The notes: generated from the letters alone by a model not told the origin. Shown: positions 8,707 to 19,758, counted from the first letter of the stretch. The stretch: 64,000 bases of DNA from Candidatus Latescibacterota bacterium (GCA_965204375.1 OZ241986.1:3456001-3520000); one strand, 5' to 3'. Translations and numbers: made by a program.

Positions 8707-11133
8707 TTATTCATGCCGCAATATTTCCACGGGATTGGTATGCGCCACTCTGAACGCCTGTGTACCAACGGTCAAAAGCGCGATTAAAAGCGCGAGCAAA
8801 CCCGAAAACACAAAAGGCCACAAACTAAAAGATGCGCGATACGCAAAATTTTGCAAATAGGTATTAGTAAAAAAATAGGCAACGGGCCAGGCGATCAGAT
8901 TGGCGACAAGCACCAGCTTCAAAAACGCTATTGACACCAGCAAAACAACACTTGAAACAGACGCACCGAGCACCTTGCGAATACCGATCTCGCGCCTGCG
9001 GCGTTCAACCGTAAAAGCCGCCAGCCCGAACAAACCCAAACACGCCAGCAAACACACCAACCCGGCAAAAGCGGTAACAGCCTGCCCCAAATCCCTCTCT
9101 CTCTGATAAATCGCATCGAGTTCATCATCGAGAAACGTAAACTCAAAAGGCTTATCGGCTGCCATAAATGTATCCCAGGTCTCCTCGAGAAAAGGTCGAA
9201 CCGCTAAGAAATCGCGCACCCGCAACGCCAGATAATCGTAAAACCACTGCCGATAGGCAAAAACCGCCGGCCCAATCGGTTCACGAAGAGAAGCGTAGTG
9301 AAAATCTGCAATCACGCCAATCACAGTTCCCTTAGCATCCTCCTCTGAACGCGCCCGCCCAAAACGCCGGCCCACGGCATCCTCCACAGTCCAGCCAAGC
9401 GCGCGCACAGCCGTCTCATTGAGAATATACGCATGCGTGCGGTCGCGCTCAATCCCGGGCGAAAACGTACGACCGGACAAAATGGGCACACCAAAGGTAG
9501 CAAAAAAATCTTCATCGGCCTCCTGCACGGGCATCCGCCACTCGGTATGCTCTTGACCTTCCGGCTTAACAATCCGCACAAAACCACCGCCATCATGCCC
9601 CGGCAAAAAGCGAAAAGCAGACGCTGAAACAACATTGGGATGTTCCAAAAACGCCTGCTTTACAGTATTATACCGTGCCACAAGCCAGGGATCTTCATTG
9701 GTCTTGAGCCGGCGGTCCAGCTTAAAAATAGGCAACAAAACGAGGTGCTCTTTATCAAAACCGAGATCCTTATGCTGAATATAGTCCAGTTGCCGATAAA
9801 TAACATCCGCAACAATCACAAGCAAAATCGCAATGGCAAATTGCGCCACAACCAGAACCTGCCGAAGCCGCGCACCCGGCAAATACGCGACGCCCTTAAG
9901 CACATCAGCCGGACGAAACCCCGAAAAATAAAACGCGGGATATACCCCCGCCATCAAACCCACGAACACGGCAAGCCCTAAAAGACCCGGCAAAATCCCG
10001 AACAGCATCGGCGCGTCAAGAGCGTAATGCGCGTCCGTCCGCGCGCTGAGTTCTGACAACGCGACGCGAGCAATGGGCACGGCTATAACCACAGCGAAAA
10101 GCGCGAGCAAAACCGTCTCGCACAAAAACTGCTGAATCAACTGACCGCGACGCGCGCCAACCACCTTCCGCATCCCCACCTCACGCGCACGATACATCGA
10201 ACGCGCCGTAGCCAGATTGACAAAATTGATCGCCGCAATCGCCAGAACCAGCACCGCAATCGACGCAAAAAGATAGAGCGTCTGAACATTGCCACCCGAG
10301 GGCAAATTGTAATCCTGAACCCCATACAAATGCAACCGCTCAAGAGGCTGCAAGCGAAACGAAAGAATGCGGCGCACATCTGCGCCCATATACCGTTCAA
10401 TAACACCCGACATCTTTGCTTCGAATTCCCCCGCATCTACCCCATCGCGCAAACGCACAAAAGTCTCAATCCCCGCCTGTTGCACCAACCCCCGCCACTC
10501 CGTCCAATCAAAAATAGCCTCCACTGTCCGCCCATTGGTAAAATGCAACAAATCAAACTGAAGGGACGAAAACCTCGGAGGCGTTTGCAAAACAGCGGCA
10601 ACCGTATAATCGCCGCCGTAATACCGCTCGCGAATAGTAATAACCTTGCCTATGGGATCGGCCTTGCCGAACAACCGCTCAGCCGCTGACTCCGTAATTG
10701 CAATCCGATACGGCTGTTTAAGCACATCGGCATCGCCAATAGCAAAAGGAAAGTGAAACAACTCAAAAAACCGGTCGTCAATCTGCCCCTGCGCCAGCGT
10801 AAGCTCCCGCTCCTCATACCGCACCACAACCGGATAAATGCGATTTTTGGACGCCAACTCAACTTCGGGCATCTCCGCTTCAAGGGTCCGGGCGAGCGCC
10901 CCCGAAGTCAGCCACCGCACCTGCGTCTGCTCATTGCTCACCCGCTCTCGCAAAACCCGATAAATGCGATGCACATCCGGATGAAAGCGGTCGTAGCTCA
11001 TCTCGCAATGAATAATCACCATCGCCATCACACAACACGACAGCCCCACAATAAGACTGAGCAAATTGATCAGCGTATCGCGCTTATGCGACCACAAATT
11101 GCGACATGCGATGGTGAAATAGTTGGAGAACAT
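8707..11133 (-). CDS. duplicated MacB/FtsX-like ABC permease
   Basis: MFSNYFTIACRNL start, INFVNLATARS..RAREVGMRKVVGA, EIGIRKVLGAS, NPVEILRHE end. Confidence 0.92.
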   Translation of the reverse strand: MFSNYFTIACRNLWSHKRDTLINLLSLIVGLSCCVMAMVIIHCEMSYDRFHPDVHRIYRVLRERVSNEQTQVRWLTSGALARTLEAEMPEVELASKNRIYPVVVRYEERELTLAQGQIDDRFFELFHFPFAIGDADVLKQPYRIAITESAAERLFGKADPIGKVITIRERYYGGDYTVAAVLQTPPRFSSLQFDLLHFTNGRTVEAIFDWTEWRGLVQQAGIETFVRLRDGVDAGEFEAKMSGVIERYMGADVRRILSFRLQPLERLHLYGVQDYNLPSGGNVQTLYLFASIAVLVLAIAAINFVNLATARSMYRAREVGMRKVVGARRGQLIQQFLCETVLLALFAVVIAVPIARVALSELSARTDAHYALDAPMLFGILPGLLGLAVFVGLMAGVYPAFYFSGFRPADVLKGVAYLPGARLRQVLVVAQFAIAILLVIVADVIYRQLDYIQHKDLGFDKEHLVLLPIFKLDRRLKTNEDPWLVARYNTVKQAFLEHPNVVSASAFRFLPGHDGGGFVRIVKPEGQEHTEWRMPVQEADEDFFATFGVPILSGRTFSPGIERDRTHAYILNETAVRALGWTVEDAVGRRFGRARSEEDAKGTVIGVIADFHYASLREPIGPAVFAYRQWFYDYLALRVRDFLAVRPFLEETWDTFMAADKPFEFTFLDDELDAIYQRERDLGQAVTAFAGLVCLLACLGLFGLAAFTVERRRREIGIRKVLGASVSSVVLLVSIAFLKLVLVANLIAWPVAYFFTNTYLQNFAYRASFSLWPFVFSGLLALLIALLTVGTQAFRVAHTNPVEILRHE

Positions 11134-11222
11134 GAAAGGCAGAATCAGGATTTTCAGGATGAAAGGATGATCAGGATACCCCACACCACCACCGCCTATA
11201 AACTGCTTTTGTCCATTATGTT

Positions 11223-11273
11223 ATCTGCATCCATCTGCGTACATCTGCGTACATCTGCGTACATCTGCGGATA
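11223..11273. repeat. tandem decamer CATCTGCGTA (about 4.5 copies)
   Basis: Seen directly. Related ATCTGCG/ATCCGTG repeats occur at 14634-14662, 31922-31952 (inverted) and 32050-32070. Confidence 0.9.
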
Positions 11274-11283
11274 CTTTTGCAGT

Positions 11284-13218
11284 TCAAACAAACACATAAT
11301 CCTCGGGATCGGGCGCCCGCGTTTCCTTCCAGAACTCGTGCATAGAAAACGGCCAATTCTGCGTCACCCGCCCCGCCTCATTCTTATACCAACTCCGAAC
11401 ATTTGGCGCGCCCCAGGCCATCTCCAGATTACCCGCATCAATGCGCTCATTATACCGATCGTGTACATCCCGTTTGCAATCCATCGCAGCGCATTCCGTC
11501 TCAATCAGCAGCTTGATACACCCCAGGATATACCTCATCTCGCACTCAGAAAAAAAGATAATACTCCCATTCACAACAATATTGGTATTGGGACCATACA
11601 TACAAAAAAAATTGGGAAATCCCGGAATAGAAACGCCTTTGTACGCGCGCGGATCGCCATCCCAATGCGCCTGTAAATCCCTGCGCCCAACCCCCTCAAA
11701 CGTCATCGGCCACAACATCCGACTCGGCTGAAATCCCGTACCGTAAATCAGCACATCAAAATCATAGCCCTCACCCGACCGCGTCGCCAGACCAGATTCC
11801 GTAATACGCGCAATCGGATCCGTAATCAGATGCACATTCTCCCGCTTCAGCGTGTGCAACCACAGGCCATTATCCCACAACATGCGCTTGCCGGCCGGCG
11901 GAAAATCCGGAATACACTTCTGCATCAACTCGGGATCATCGCCCAGCACCGACTCGATATATTCTATAATCCGCTGGCGCACCTTGTCATTCGCCTTGCT
12001 AACCGCGCGTTCCTGATGCGGCCATGCCGGATCCTTTTTTGCCGCGCCGAGCATCCCCTCTGCCGAACGCCAGAACATAAACAGCCGAAACCACTTGGCG
12101 TAAAACGGCACATGATTTAAAAGATAGTGTTGCCCCTCGGGCACATCCGCGTGATAATGCGGATTGGGCTGAATCCAGGGCGGCGTGCGCTGAAACACAA
12201 AAACATCGCGCGCCTGTTTTGCAATCTCTGGCACAAACTGAAAGGCACTCGCGCCCGTACCAATCACCCCAACGCGTTTATCCGTCAAATCGCACTCCCG
12301 CGGCCATCGCGCAGAATGAAAAGCAACCCCCCGATAGCACTCGCGCCCCGCAATATCCGGCAACTTTGGGCGATTGAGTTGCCCCACAGCACTGATAATG
12401 GCATTCGCCTCAATCGTCTGCCGCCCCCCATCTTTATCCTGCACCTCAACTTCCCAGACCTTGCGCTCCTCATCAAAACGACCACACACAACCTCTGTCT
12501 GAAATCGGACATGCTCGCGCAGGCGAAAATCCGCGGCAAACTGCCTGAAATAATCGAGAAGCACCTGCTGTGTGGAAAAATACTGCGGCCAATTTTTGGG
12601 CAAAAAAGAATAAGAATACGAGTGATTCGGACTATCAACGCGGCATCCGGGATACGTATTCTCCAGCCATGTCCCACCCACATCGGCATTCTTCTCCACC
12701 ACCGTAAACGAAATCCCCACCTCTTGAAGCCGATGCGCCGCCAGCAACCCGGACATCCCCGCCCCAATAATCAAAACGCGAAAATCACGCCTCTTATCCC
12801 CGGGCAAATCATCCATCCCCGAAGGCACAAACGGATCTTCGCCATTCAAAGACAACTCCCCTTCCAAAAACGCCCCGTAATCTTCGGGAATCTCCTCCCC
12901 AATCATAAAATTCATCATCTCCCAAACCCGCGCCCGGTCCGGTGCAGGAGGCAAAGTACAACCGCGATCCCGATACGCCTTCAACACCTCAAAAGCGATC
13001 TCCCGAACAACCGCCTGCTGCTCCTCTTTCACACCCGCCTGTGGATCCGCCAGATTCCTCGCCCGTGGACGAATCTCCCCTCGAACAATGTCCATATCCC
13101 CGGTCAAATGCACCAGAGAAACCATCAGCGCGGGAACATTTGCATCCTCCAACGCCACCCTGATCGTCTCGTCATCTTCGACAATCGGTTCCCATGTATC
13201 AAACGCCTTACCAGCCAT
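11284..13218 (-). CDS. Baeyer-Villiger monooxygenase, 4-hydroxyacetophenone monooxygenase-like
   Basis: GAGMSG, GGTWLENTYPG, FHSARWP BVMO fingerprint, GTGASA, plus a ~140-aa N-terminal extension as in HAPMO. Confidence 0.88.
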   Translation of the reverse strand: MAGKAFDTWEPIVEDDETIRVALEDANVPALMVSLVHLTGDMDIVRGEIRPRARNLADPQAGVKEEQQAVVREIAFEVLKAYRDRGCTLPPAPDRARVWEMMNFMIGEEIPEDYGAFLEGELSLNGEDPFVPSGMDDLPGDKRRDFRVLIIGAGMSGLLAAHRLQEVGISFTVVEKNADVGGTWLENTYPGCRVDSPNHSYSYSFLPKNWPQYFSTQQVLLDYFRQFAADFRLREHVRFQTEVVCGRFDEERKVWEVEVQDKDGGRQTIEANAIISAVGQLNRPKLPDIAGRECYRGVAFHSARWPRECDLTDKRVGVIGTGASAFQFVPEIAKQARDVFVFQRTPPWIQPNPHYHADVPEGQHYLLNHVPFYAKWFRLFMFWRSAEGMLGAAKKDPAWPHQERAVSKANDKVRQRIIEYIESVLGDDPELMQKCIPDFPPAGKRMLWDNGLWLHTLKRENVHLITDPIARITESGLATRSGEGYDFDVLIYGTGFQPSRMLWPMTFEGVGRRDLQAHWDGDPRAYKGVSIPGFPNFFCMYGPNTNIVVNGSIIFFSECEMRYILGCIKLLIETECAAMDCKRDVHDRYNERIDAGNLEMAWGAPNVRSWYKNEAGRVTQNWPFSMHEFWKETRAPDPEDYVFV

Positions 13219-13331
13219 CGGACATCTCCATCTGCGAATCTACGAATCTACGGAACGGGGTACAACTGGCCGCCTCTCAGGCCAGTTTATCTACGAACCC
13301 CCCCCATCCCCCAAAACCAGTATGTATATCC

Positions 13332-13371
13332 ATTCGTCTATTCGTCTATTCGTCTATTCGTCTATTCGTCT
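13332..13371. repeat. tandem octamer ATTCGTCT x5
   Basis: Seen directly, between the BVMO and MFS genes. Confidence 0.9.
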
Positions 13372-13374
13372 GAT

Positions 13375-14565
13375 TTACGACACAGGTTGTGCAGCCACGC
13401 CATCCGGCATCTCCTCCCGCTCCCGCTGAAGCTGACCCTCGGGATCGACCCATTGACTCACAATAAGCGAAATCAGAGCCAGAACAGCACCGCTAAAGAA
13501 AATCACCTGATAGCCAAAATAGTGCCATGCAAAACCGCCCAAAAGCGGTGCCGCGACAGAAGCGACGTGATTCATCGTCACACCCATCGCAAGCGACGGC
13601 TTGAGATCCGACTCGGGCGCAATCTTGTGCAAATACGTCGTCAGTGCAATCCCGCCAAAAAAGATAATATTATCAACACAATACAAAACGTACAGCGTTG
13701 GCCGATGCGTCACCACCGCGTATCCGACAAACACAAAAGTCAACCCGATATAACTGAGCGACAGCATCTTCCGCTCGCCGTACTGATCCACCAACTTGCC
13801 CATCGTCGGCGCAGTCAGCGTAATCAACGTCTGATTCATCAGCACCAGAATCATCGTCGTATGCACGGGCATCCCGTGAATCTTTACCAGTGCAAAAATC
13901 GCAAACGTAATGAACATCTGCTTCCGCATACCCTGGAGAAAATTCAGCGCATAATACAGACCATACCGCCGCTTAAACACAAAACTCCGCTCGTGGGCTG
14001 GCCGCTTGCGAGACGCAAACAAAATGGCAAAACCACCCCCCACAGTAGCGGCACCAGCCATAATAAACAAACCGTTGTACCCGACAAAATCATAAGCCAA
14101 CTTACAAATCAGAATAGACAACAACCACGCCACACTATTCACACTGCGCAACTGCCCCAACCACTTTCCCTTCTTACCTTCTGGCGAAAAAAGCAACGCC
14201 ATCGACTGCTCCATGGGGATCCAGCAGTGAAACCCCACACCCCACACAAACGAATACACCGCCAGCAAAAAAACCGAATCAACCTGGGCATAAGCCATAA
14301 TGCCTGCGCCCATAACCATCAGCGAAATCGCAGCCACAATCGGGGGGGCGAACCGCACCATCAGCGCGACAAAAAACGCATTCATAAAACCCGACACCTC
14401 GCGCAGGGCTTCCACATACCCCAATTCGTGCGCGTCGATATTCAGGCGATCAACAACAAAATTGTTGTAAAGCGTCAACTGCACGCCAAAAAAAATCCCC
14501 TGCGAAGCAACCGCAAGCGCCAGCAACCGAAAGTCCCGATTCCACTCAGAAATTGGATTATTCAA
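13375..14565 (-). CDS. MFS transporter
   Basis: 396 aa, about 12 TM segments, GKLVDQYGERK MFS motif A. Confidence 0.88.
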   Translation of the reverse strand: MNNPISEWNRDFRLLALAVASQGIFFGVQLTLYNNFVVDRLNIDAHELGYVEALREVSGFMNAFFVALMVRFAPPIVAAISLMVMGAGIMAYAQVDSVFLLAVYSFVWGVGFHCWIPMEQSMALLFSPEGKKGKWLGQLRSVNSVAWLLSILICKLAYDFVGYNGLFIMAGAATVGGGFAILFASRKRPAHERSFVFKRRYGLYYALNFLQGMRKQMFITFAIFALVKIHGMPVHTTMILVLMNQTLITLTAPTMGKLVDQYGERKMLSLSYIGLTFVFVGYAVVTHRPTLYVLYCVDNIIFFGGIALTTYLHKIAPESDLKPSLAMGVTMNHVASVAAPLLGGFAWHYFGYQVIFFSGAVLALISLIVSQWVDPEGQLQREREEMPDGVAAQPVS

Positions 14566-14661
14566 AAACCCTCCCTAAAATCGGTGAGACGTAAAACGCA
14601 AGACGTGAGACGACCACCCAGCCCCTGCTTTTCATCTGTGCTCATCTGCGCCATCTGCGGA

Positions 14662-15609
14662 TCAATTCCCCAACGGCTCCCACACATCGCCAAAAATAGA
14701 TCGCAACCGCGCCATATCTTCATCTGGCAAAGGCGGACCGAGAATCGCCTTCACATTCTCCTCCAGATGATCGATATTAGCGGTTCCCGACAGCACCACA
14801 CCCATAGCGGGATGCGCGTTCACATACTTGTAACCCGCCGCGGGCAATGACGTAACATCGCCCTTGACCAGCCATCCCAGCGGATCCTCATCTTCCAGCG
14901 CATCTCGCGCAATCAACCCCTTATCCTTCGCATACGCAATGCGCTCCTTGAGCACATCGGGCCGAGCCAGTGCCCGCCGAACAGCAACCATGCAAATCAC
15001 GCCCACATCCCGCTCCTGACACATAGGCAAAACCTCGTGCTCGGGCGTTGGACTCAACAAATTGTACCCCACCATAGCCGTATCGAACAAATCATCCGAC
15101 AAAGCCATAGAAAACATCTCGTGCTTGTGGTCTTCGGCATACGTCTCACTCACCCCCATAAACCCGAACTTCCCCTGATCTTTCAACCGCTCCACCGTGG
15201 GCCACAACTGCTCAATAGCCTCAGAATAATGGTATGGACGAACACCATGCCACTGCATCACATCGACATAATCCACCTGCAAACGCTTCAAACTGCGCTC
15301 AATAGAATCGACGACATCCTCTGAACTCACAAGCTCACCGCTATTGTGAAGATGGGCGTGAAATTTCGTCGCCAGAATATAATCATCGCGCGGCACGCCC
15401 TTAAGCGCGTTTCCGAGAATCGTCTCACTCTCGCCATACGCGGCAGCCGTATCAAAAAAATTTATACCGAGATCCAGCGCGCGCTGCACCAAACGATTCA
15501 CGCCCGCTTGATCGACACCCGTCTTTTGACCCATTTGCGTAGGCCCACCGCCGCCAATACCCATAATCGAAACCTTCAAACCCGTGCGTCCCAGTGTGCG
15601 ATATTTCAT
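14662..15609 (-). CDS. aldo/keto reductase
   Basis: AAGGAGG RBS before MKYRTLGRTGLKVS; FFDTAAAYG; SLKRLQVDYVD. Confidence 0.92.
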   Translation of the reverse strand: MKYRTLGRTGLKVSIMGIGGGGPTQMGQKTGVDQAGVNRLVQRALDLGINFFDTAAAYGESETILGNALKGVPRDDYILATKFHAHLHNSGELVSSEDVVDSIERSLKRLQVDYVDVMQWHGVRPYHYSEAIEQLWPTVERLKDQGKFGFMGVSETYAEDHKHEMFSMALSDDLFDTAMVGYNLLSPTPEHEVLPMCQERDVGVICMVAVRRALARPDVLKERIAYAKDKGLIARDALEDEDPLGWLVKGDVTSLPAAGYKYVNAHPAMGVVLSGTANIDHLEENVKAILGPPLPDEDMARLRSIFGDVWEPLGN

Positions 15610-15682
15610 AGCACCTCCTTTAGATATGTATCCAATATAGGATATCGCAACATCCCTCGCCATTATTTTAACCAATGTCGCC

Positions 15683-15711
15683 TTGACAAATCCCACATGC
15701 AAAAGTATATT
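15683..15711 (+). promoter_or_regulatory. sigma70-type promoter of ssb
   Basis: TTGACA-17 bp-TATATT upstream of ssb. Confidence 0.65.
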
Positions 15712-15780
15712 CGTACTATAAGTTATACAGGGTCGTGCCATGATCCCTGAAACGTACACCCAATCCTGAGGAGGCCACGT

Positions 15781-16263
15781 ATGGCACGAGGAGTCAACAA
15801 AGTCATCTTGATCGGCAATGCAGGCGCCGATCCCGAGCTTCGATACACGCCAGGCGGCACAGCCGTATCGAACTTTAGCATCGCCACCAACGAAAGCTGG
15901 ACCGACAGCAGTGGCGAAAGACAAGAACGCACCGAATGGCATCGCATTGTGGTGTGGGGCCGTTTGGCCGAAATCTGCAACCAGTATTTGCGCAAAGGCA
16001 GCAAAGTCTATATCGAAGGCAAGTTGCAAACGCGGAGTTGGGAAGGGCAAGATGGGTTAAAGCGCTACACCACCGAAGTGGTTGCCCGCGACATGCAAAT
16101 GCTCGATGCCCGCGGCGAAATGGACGGTATGGACGGTAGCTATGGCGGTGGTTCGTCCCAGGGCGGAGGGCAGTCAAGATCACAGCCATCAGATTCTACA
16201 TCGGACGACACGGCCGCTCCAGATCCACCGCCCTATGCCGCAGACGACGACCTGCCATTTTAG
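15781..16263 (+). CDS. ssb: single-stranded DNA-binding protein
   Basis: [36 protein letters not shown], acidic DDDLPF tail. Confidence 0.97.
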   Translation: MARGVNKVILIGNAGADPELRYTPGGTAVSNFSIATNESWTDSSGERQERTEWHRIVVWGRLAEICNQYLRKGSKVYIEGKLQTRSWEGQDGLKRYTTEVVARDMQMLDARGEMDGMDGSYGGGSSQGGGQSRSQPSDSTSDDTAAPDPPPYAADDDLPF

Positions 16264-16279
16264 GCGCAAGACAAACGAC

Positions 16280-16311
16280 AAAGCCCGCACAGAATTGTGC
16301 GGGCTTTTTTT
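16280..16311 (+). terminator. intrinsic terminator after ssb
   Basis: aaagcccgcaca-gaat-tgtgcgggcttt followed by a T tract. Confidence 0.85.
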
Positions 16312-16328
16312 ATCTCATAACTCATTTT

Positions 16329-17072
16329 TTAACGCCTTCCATCCCGATAAATCTCCCGTATAGCCTCAACCAGAAAATCTTCGGCAACTTGAAAAATTTG
16401 CTCGCCCATCTCTGCCGTCGCAGGACGCGGATCGCCCAACCCTCCATGATCGGTATTCTGATCAAACCGCTTGTACAGACGCAAACCCGGAATACTCTCC
16501 CGGCGACGCTGACCATCCTCGTGTAACGCATCTGTTTTCACCAGATCGGGATCTATCGCCATAATCATAGCGGTCTCACACTCGCCAGCATGCCCGGACC
16601 CCTTTGTTCCCAAGGTCAGAACATCACTTATTGTCTTATCCGACGATCCGGCATACGGCGTCGTCGTGTAAAGATTGACATCTTCATGCCCCTCCATAAC
16701 GCGCTGCCGCAAAACCGAAATATTGGCCTCATTTCCCCCGTGGCTATTAATGAGCAGAAACTGCGAAAAACCGTGTTCAATCATACAAACGAGAACATCG
16801 TTCATAATCGCCAGATGCGTCTCGGACGACGCAGAAACCGTACCGGGATACTTCATGTGATGCTGCGAATACCCCAGCCACATAACGGGAAGTATCAACA
16901 CATCCTCAGATAACCGCTTCTCAATGCGATTGACCACCTCCTGAAGAATCATCGTATCGGTAAACACGGGCAAATGCAGGCTGTGTTGTTCAATCGACGC
17001 CACGGGTATAATAACCACCAGATCCCGCGACAAAGCATCGACATCGGGAGAAGTCATATTGGCGAGAAACAT
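16329..17072 (-). CDS. creatininase/creatinine amidohydrolase family protein
   Basis: SIEQHSLHLP..TD, NSHGGN, GHAGECET motifs. Confidence 0.9.
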   Translation of the reverse strand: MFLANMTSPDVDALSRDLVVIIPVASIEQHSLHLPVFTDTMILQEVVNRIEKRLSEDVLILPVMWLGYSQHHMKYPGTVSASSETHLAIMNDVLVCMIEHGFSQFLLINSHGGNEANISVLRQRVMEGHEDVNLYTTTPYAGSSDKTISDVLTLGTKGSGHAGECETAMIMAIDPDLVKTDALHEDGQRRRESIPGLRLYKRFDQNTDHGGLGDPRPATAEMGEQIFQVAEDFLVEAIREIYRDGRR

Positions 17073-17167
17073 AAAAACTCCTTAAAAAAGGGGCTGGGAC
17101 TGGGGATTGTTTATCTAAATTATTTTCTTATATTAAAAAATACAACAAAATATCCTGGAGGCACATA

Positions 17168-18154
17168 ATGGAAATGGAAAAAGCATTAAAACTCACATAT
17201 CAGGGCGAACCCCTGGGCCACTCGTCGGACGACTTTGGCGGCTTACGCAAATCCAATGACGCGATAGATGATCGCGACGAACTCCACCGCCGAATGGCGG
17301 ACGATGGCTACTTATTTCTCAAAAATTACCTGAACAAAGATGAAGTATTGGCCGCTCGCCAGGAAGTCATGGACCGGCTCATGGGCGCGGGTGTATTAGA
17401 CGAACGGTATCCGGCAATCGACGGCATTGCAGCCTCAAAAAAGAAAATTGACGGACGCGCAACCGGATCGTTTATGCCCCTGCTCGCGCGCAACAATCCC
17501 CACCTGGACAAAGTAATCCACGAAGGCCCGATCATGTCGTTTTTCGATTCCTTTTTCGGCGGACCTGCGCGCTACTTTGACTACACCTGGTTTCGAGCCA
17601 AACAACCCGGACTGCACACCGCCACCAATCCACACTGCGACATCGTCTATATGGGCCGCGGAACAAAAAACCTCTACACCGCCTGGATACCCTATGGCGA
17701 TGTACCCTCCTACATGGGCGGATTGATGCTGCTTGAAAACTCACACAAACTGCACGATCTAAAATCGGGATATGGCTCAACAGACGTCGATCTATACTGC
17801 GAAAACAAAGGCGATGCCCAGGAAATTGTAGAACGCGCGCGCGCCGAAGGGCGGAACCTGACCCATCAAGAGCGGGCTTCTGTAAAGTGGAACTCGACCG
17901 GATCTTATTCCTCTAATGCGATAGCCACCCGCAAAGAACTGGGCGGACGCTGGCTGGTATCGGAATACGAAATGGGAGACCTGCTGATATTTTCCATGTA
18001 CACCCTGCACTCAAGCTCCGACAACCACTCCAAACAATACCGCATATCATCCGACACGCGATATCAACTCGCATCGGACCCTGTTGACGAACGCTGGATT
18101 GGCGACGACCCACCTGCCCATGGCATTCGCGCCAAACGCGGAATGGTGTGTTAA
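17168..18154 (+). CDS. phytanoyl-CoA dioxygenase (PhyH) family Fe/2OG oxygenase
   Basis: DGYLFL, PHCD (HxD), distal TLHSS and RISSDTRY. Confidence 0.88.
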   Translation: MEMEKALKLTYQGEPLGHSSDDFGGLRKSNDAIDDRDELHRRMADDGYLFLKNYLNKDEVLAARQEVMDRLMGAGVLDERYPAIDGIAASKKKIDGRATGSFMPLLARNNPHLDKVIHEGPIMSFFDSFFGGPARYFDYTWFRAKQPGLHTATNPHCDIVYMGRGTKNLYTAWIPYGDVPSYMGGLMLLENSHKLHDLKSGYGSTDVDLYCENKGDAQEIVERARAEGRNLTHQERASVKWNSTGSYSSNAIATRKELGGRWLVSEYEMGDLLIFSMYTLHSSSDNHSKQYRISSDTRYQLASDPVDERWIGDDPPAHGIRAKRGMVC

Positions 18155-18254
18155 ATGAAGTGAGAAGTAAGAAGTAAGAAGTGAGAAGACCCCGCCCAAC
18201 ATCACCCCAGAGCGGGTGTTTCTTCACACTTCAACCTTCACACTTCCTACTTCC
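18155..18254 (+). repeat. ~100-bp element with heptamer-repeat arms (inverted copy at 23149..23260)
   Basis: GAAGTAA/GAAGTGA repeats, a 31-bp core, then CTTCACA/CTTCCTA repeats. Confidence 0.75.
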
Positions 18255-19638
18255 TCGCCCGTTCCCTGATCGCCTCAGAACCTGGATACACGGCGTCCAG
18301 CCCTTGCTGCTGAACTTGCTTCTCCCCCAGCCACGCCTTCCAATCGCCGCACGCCTGGCTCACCCCGCGCCACGTATCTCCGCATGTACCCATCGCCTCC
18401 TGCAAAAGCCCATCCATCTCCGCAACCAATTTGGGATCTTCCCCCACCAGATTGCGTTCCTCGTAGGGATCGTTCTCCAGATCGAACAAAAACCAGGGCT
18501 CACTCTCCAGACGCGCGTAATTATATCGCTCGGTTCGCACCCCCCGCCACCCGGGCCACACCGCAAAAGTGTGATGCATCGTCGTATATGCATACGCCTG
18601 CGTACGCGCATTGGACTGTCCCAGAATCGCGCCTGAAAAATCTCCTCCATCCAGACCAGCCGGAACATCAACGCCCGCCAACCCACACAGCGTCGGAAAA
18701 ATATCCGGCGTACCAAACGGCATACTCAAACTGCATCCAGCCTCAACCCTGCCCGGCCACCGAACCAAAAACGGAACCTGCGTAGATTCTCGATAAGGCC
18801 AGCGCTTACCCCGCAAACCCTGGCTACCCAGCATCTCGCCGTGATCGGATGTGTACATCACAATCGTATTATCCGCTTGTCCGCTCTCTTCCAGCGCGCG
18901 CATCAACCGCCCCCACTCAATATCCAGCCCTTCAGTCATCCCGTAATAATGGGCGTACCAATCGCTCACATTGCTGGCCCTATTACCCGTCAGCTTTGAC
19001 GTATTCGGATGCAATTTCAAATCCCTATCCAGATAAGGTGCGACATAGGGATCCGGTGCTATAAGCGGCGGATGCGGCGGACCCCACGACATAAACAAAC
19101 ACCACGGTCCAGCCCCTGCCCGATTTTTAATATACTCAATCGCCCTATCCGTCTCGATCTGAGACCGATAAAATCCACTGCCCGCAACCGGGTCTCTGCT
19201 ATCGGTGACATAAGCCCACTCGTAGTAATTATGCGCATTGTCACCCACATACCATTCATCGTCAAAACCCAGGCGCAACGGATCGCCCGCATCGACCTGA
19301 ATCTCGCCCAAATGCCACTTGCCAATATACCCGCACCGATATCCGGCTGCGCTAAGCGCCGTGCCAATACACGGATACACACTCAAATCGGGATAAAACC
19401 GATTGGTCGTCACCCCCGTGTGATGACCGTATTTACCCGTCATCAACATCGCGCGATAAGGCGTACAAACAGGCGTACTCGAAACCGCTGCATCCAGACG
19501 CATCCCCTCAGCGGCAAATGCATCAAACTGAGGCGTGTTGAGATCCTCATCACCATAATAGCACCCCATCGCAGACGCCCGCTGCTGATCTGAAAAAACA
19601 TACAATATATTCGGCCTCTCCTGCCTACCATCGGACAT
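18247..19638 (-). CDS. arylsulfatase A-like sulfatase
   Basis: RPNILYVFSDQ, CTPYRAMLMTG (CxPxR), GKWHL, PPHPP, SDHG. Confidence 0.92.
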   Translation of the reverse strand: MSDGRQERPNILYVFSDQQRASAMGCYYGDEDLNTPQFDAFAAEGMRLDAAVSSTPVCTPYRAMLMTGKYGHHTGVTTNRFYPDLSVYPCIGTALSAAGYRCGYIGKWHLGEIQVDAGDPLRLGFDDEWYVGDNAHNYYEWAYVTDSRDPVAGSGFYRSQIETDRAIEYIKNRAGAGPWCLFMSWGPPHPPLIAPDPYVAPYLDRDLKLHPNTSKLTGNRASNVSDWYAHYYGMTEGLDIEWGRLMRALEESGQADNTIVMYTSDHGEMLGSQGLRGKRWPYRESTQVPFLVRWPGRVEAGCSLSMPFGTPDIFPTLCGLAGVDVPAGLDGGDFSGAILGQSNARTQAYAYTTMHHTFAVWPGWRGVRTERYNYARLESEPWFLFDLENDPYEERNLVGEDPKLVAEMDGLLQEAMGTCGDTWRGVSQACGDWKAWLGEKQVQQQGLDAVYPGSEAIRERARK

Positions 19639-19758
19639 GGAAAATCTCCTTCCACTGGTAAATTTAAAGATTGAAAAAAAATCCTCGACACAATATAATG
19701 CACACTCAGAGCAAGTCAAAGATTCGCATACCAATGTAAAAACCACATCGGCCTATAA

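Noticed and set aside
11223-13371. Tandem repeats as a possible CRISPR array
   Set aside because: Units are 8-10 bp with no unique spacers and there are no cas genes. The same applies to the heptamer repeats at 18155 and 23149.
12127-14850. 907-aa ORF on the + strand
   Set aside because: Antisense shadow of the BVMO and MFS genes; rich in R/H/P/Q, no motifs, and it runs through intergenic repeats.
14662-16050. 462-aa extended aldo/keto reductase
   Set aside because: The extension is antisense to ssb; the true start with an RBS is at 15609.
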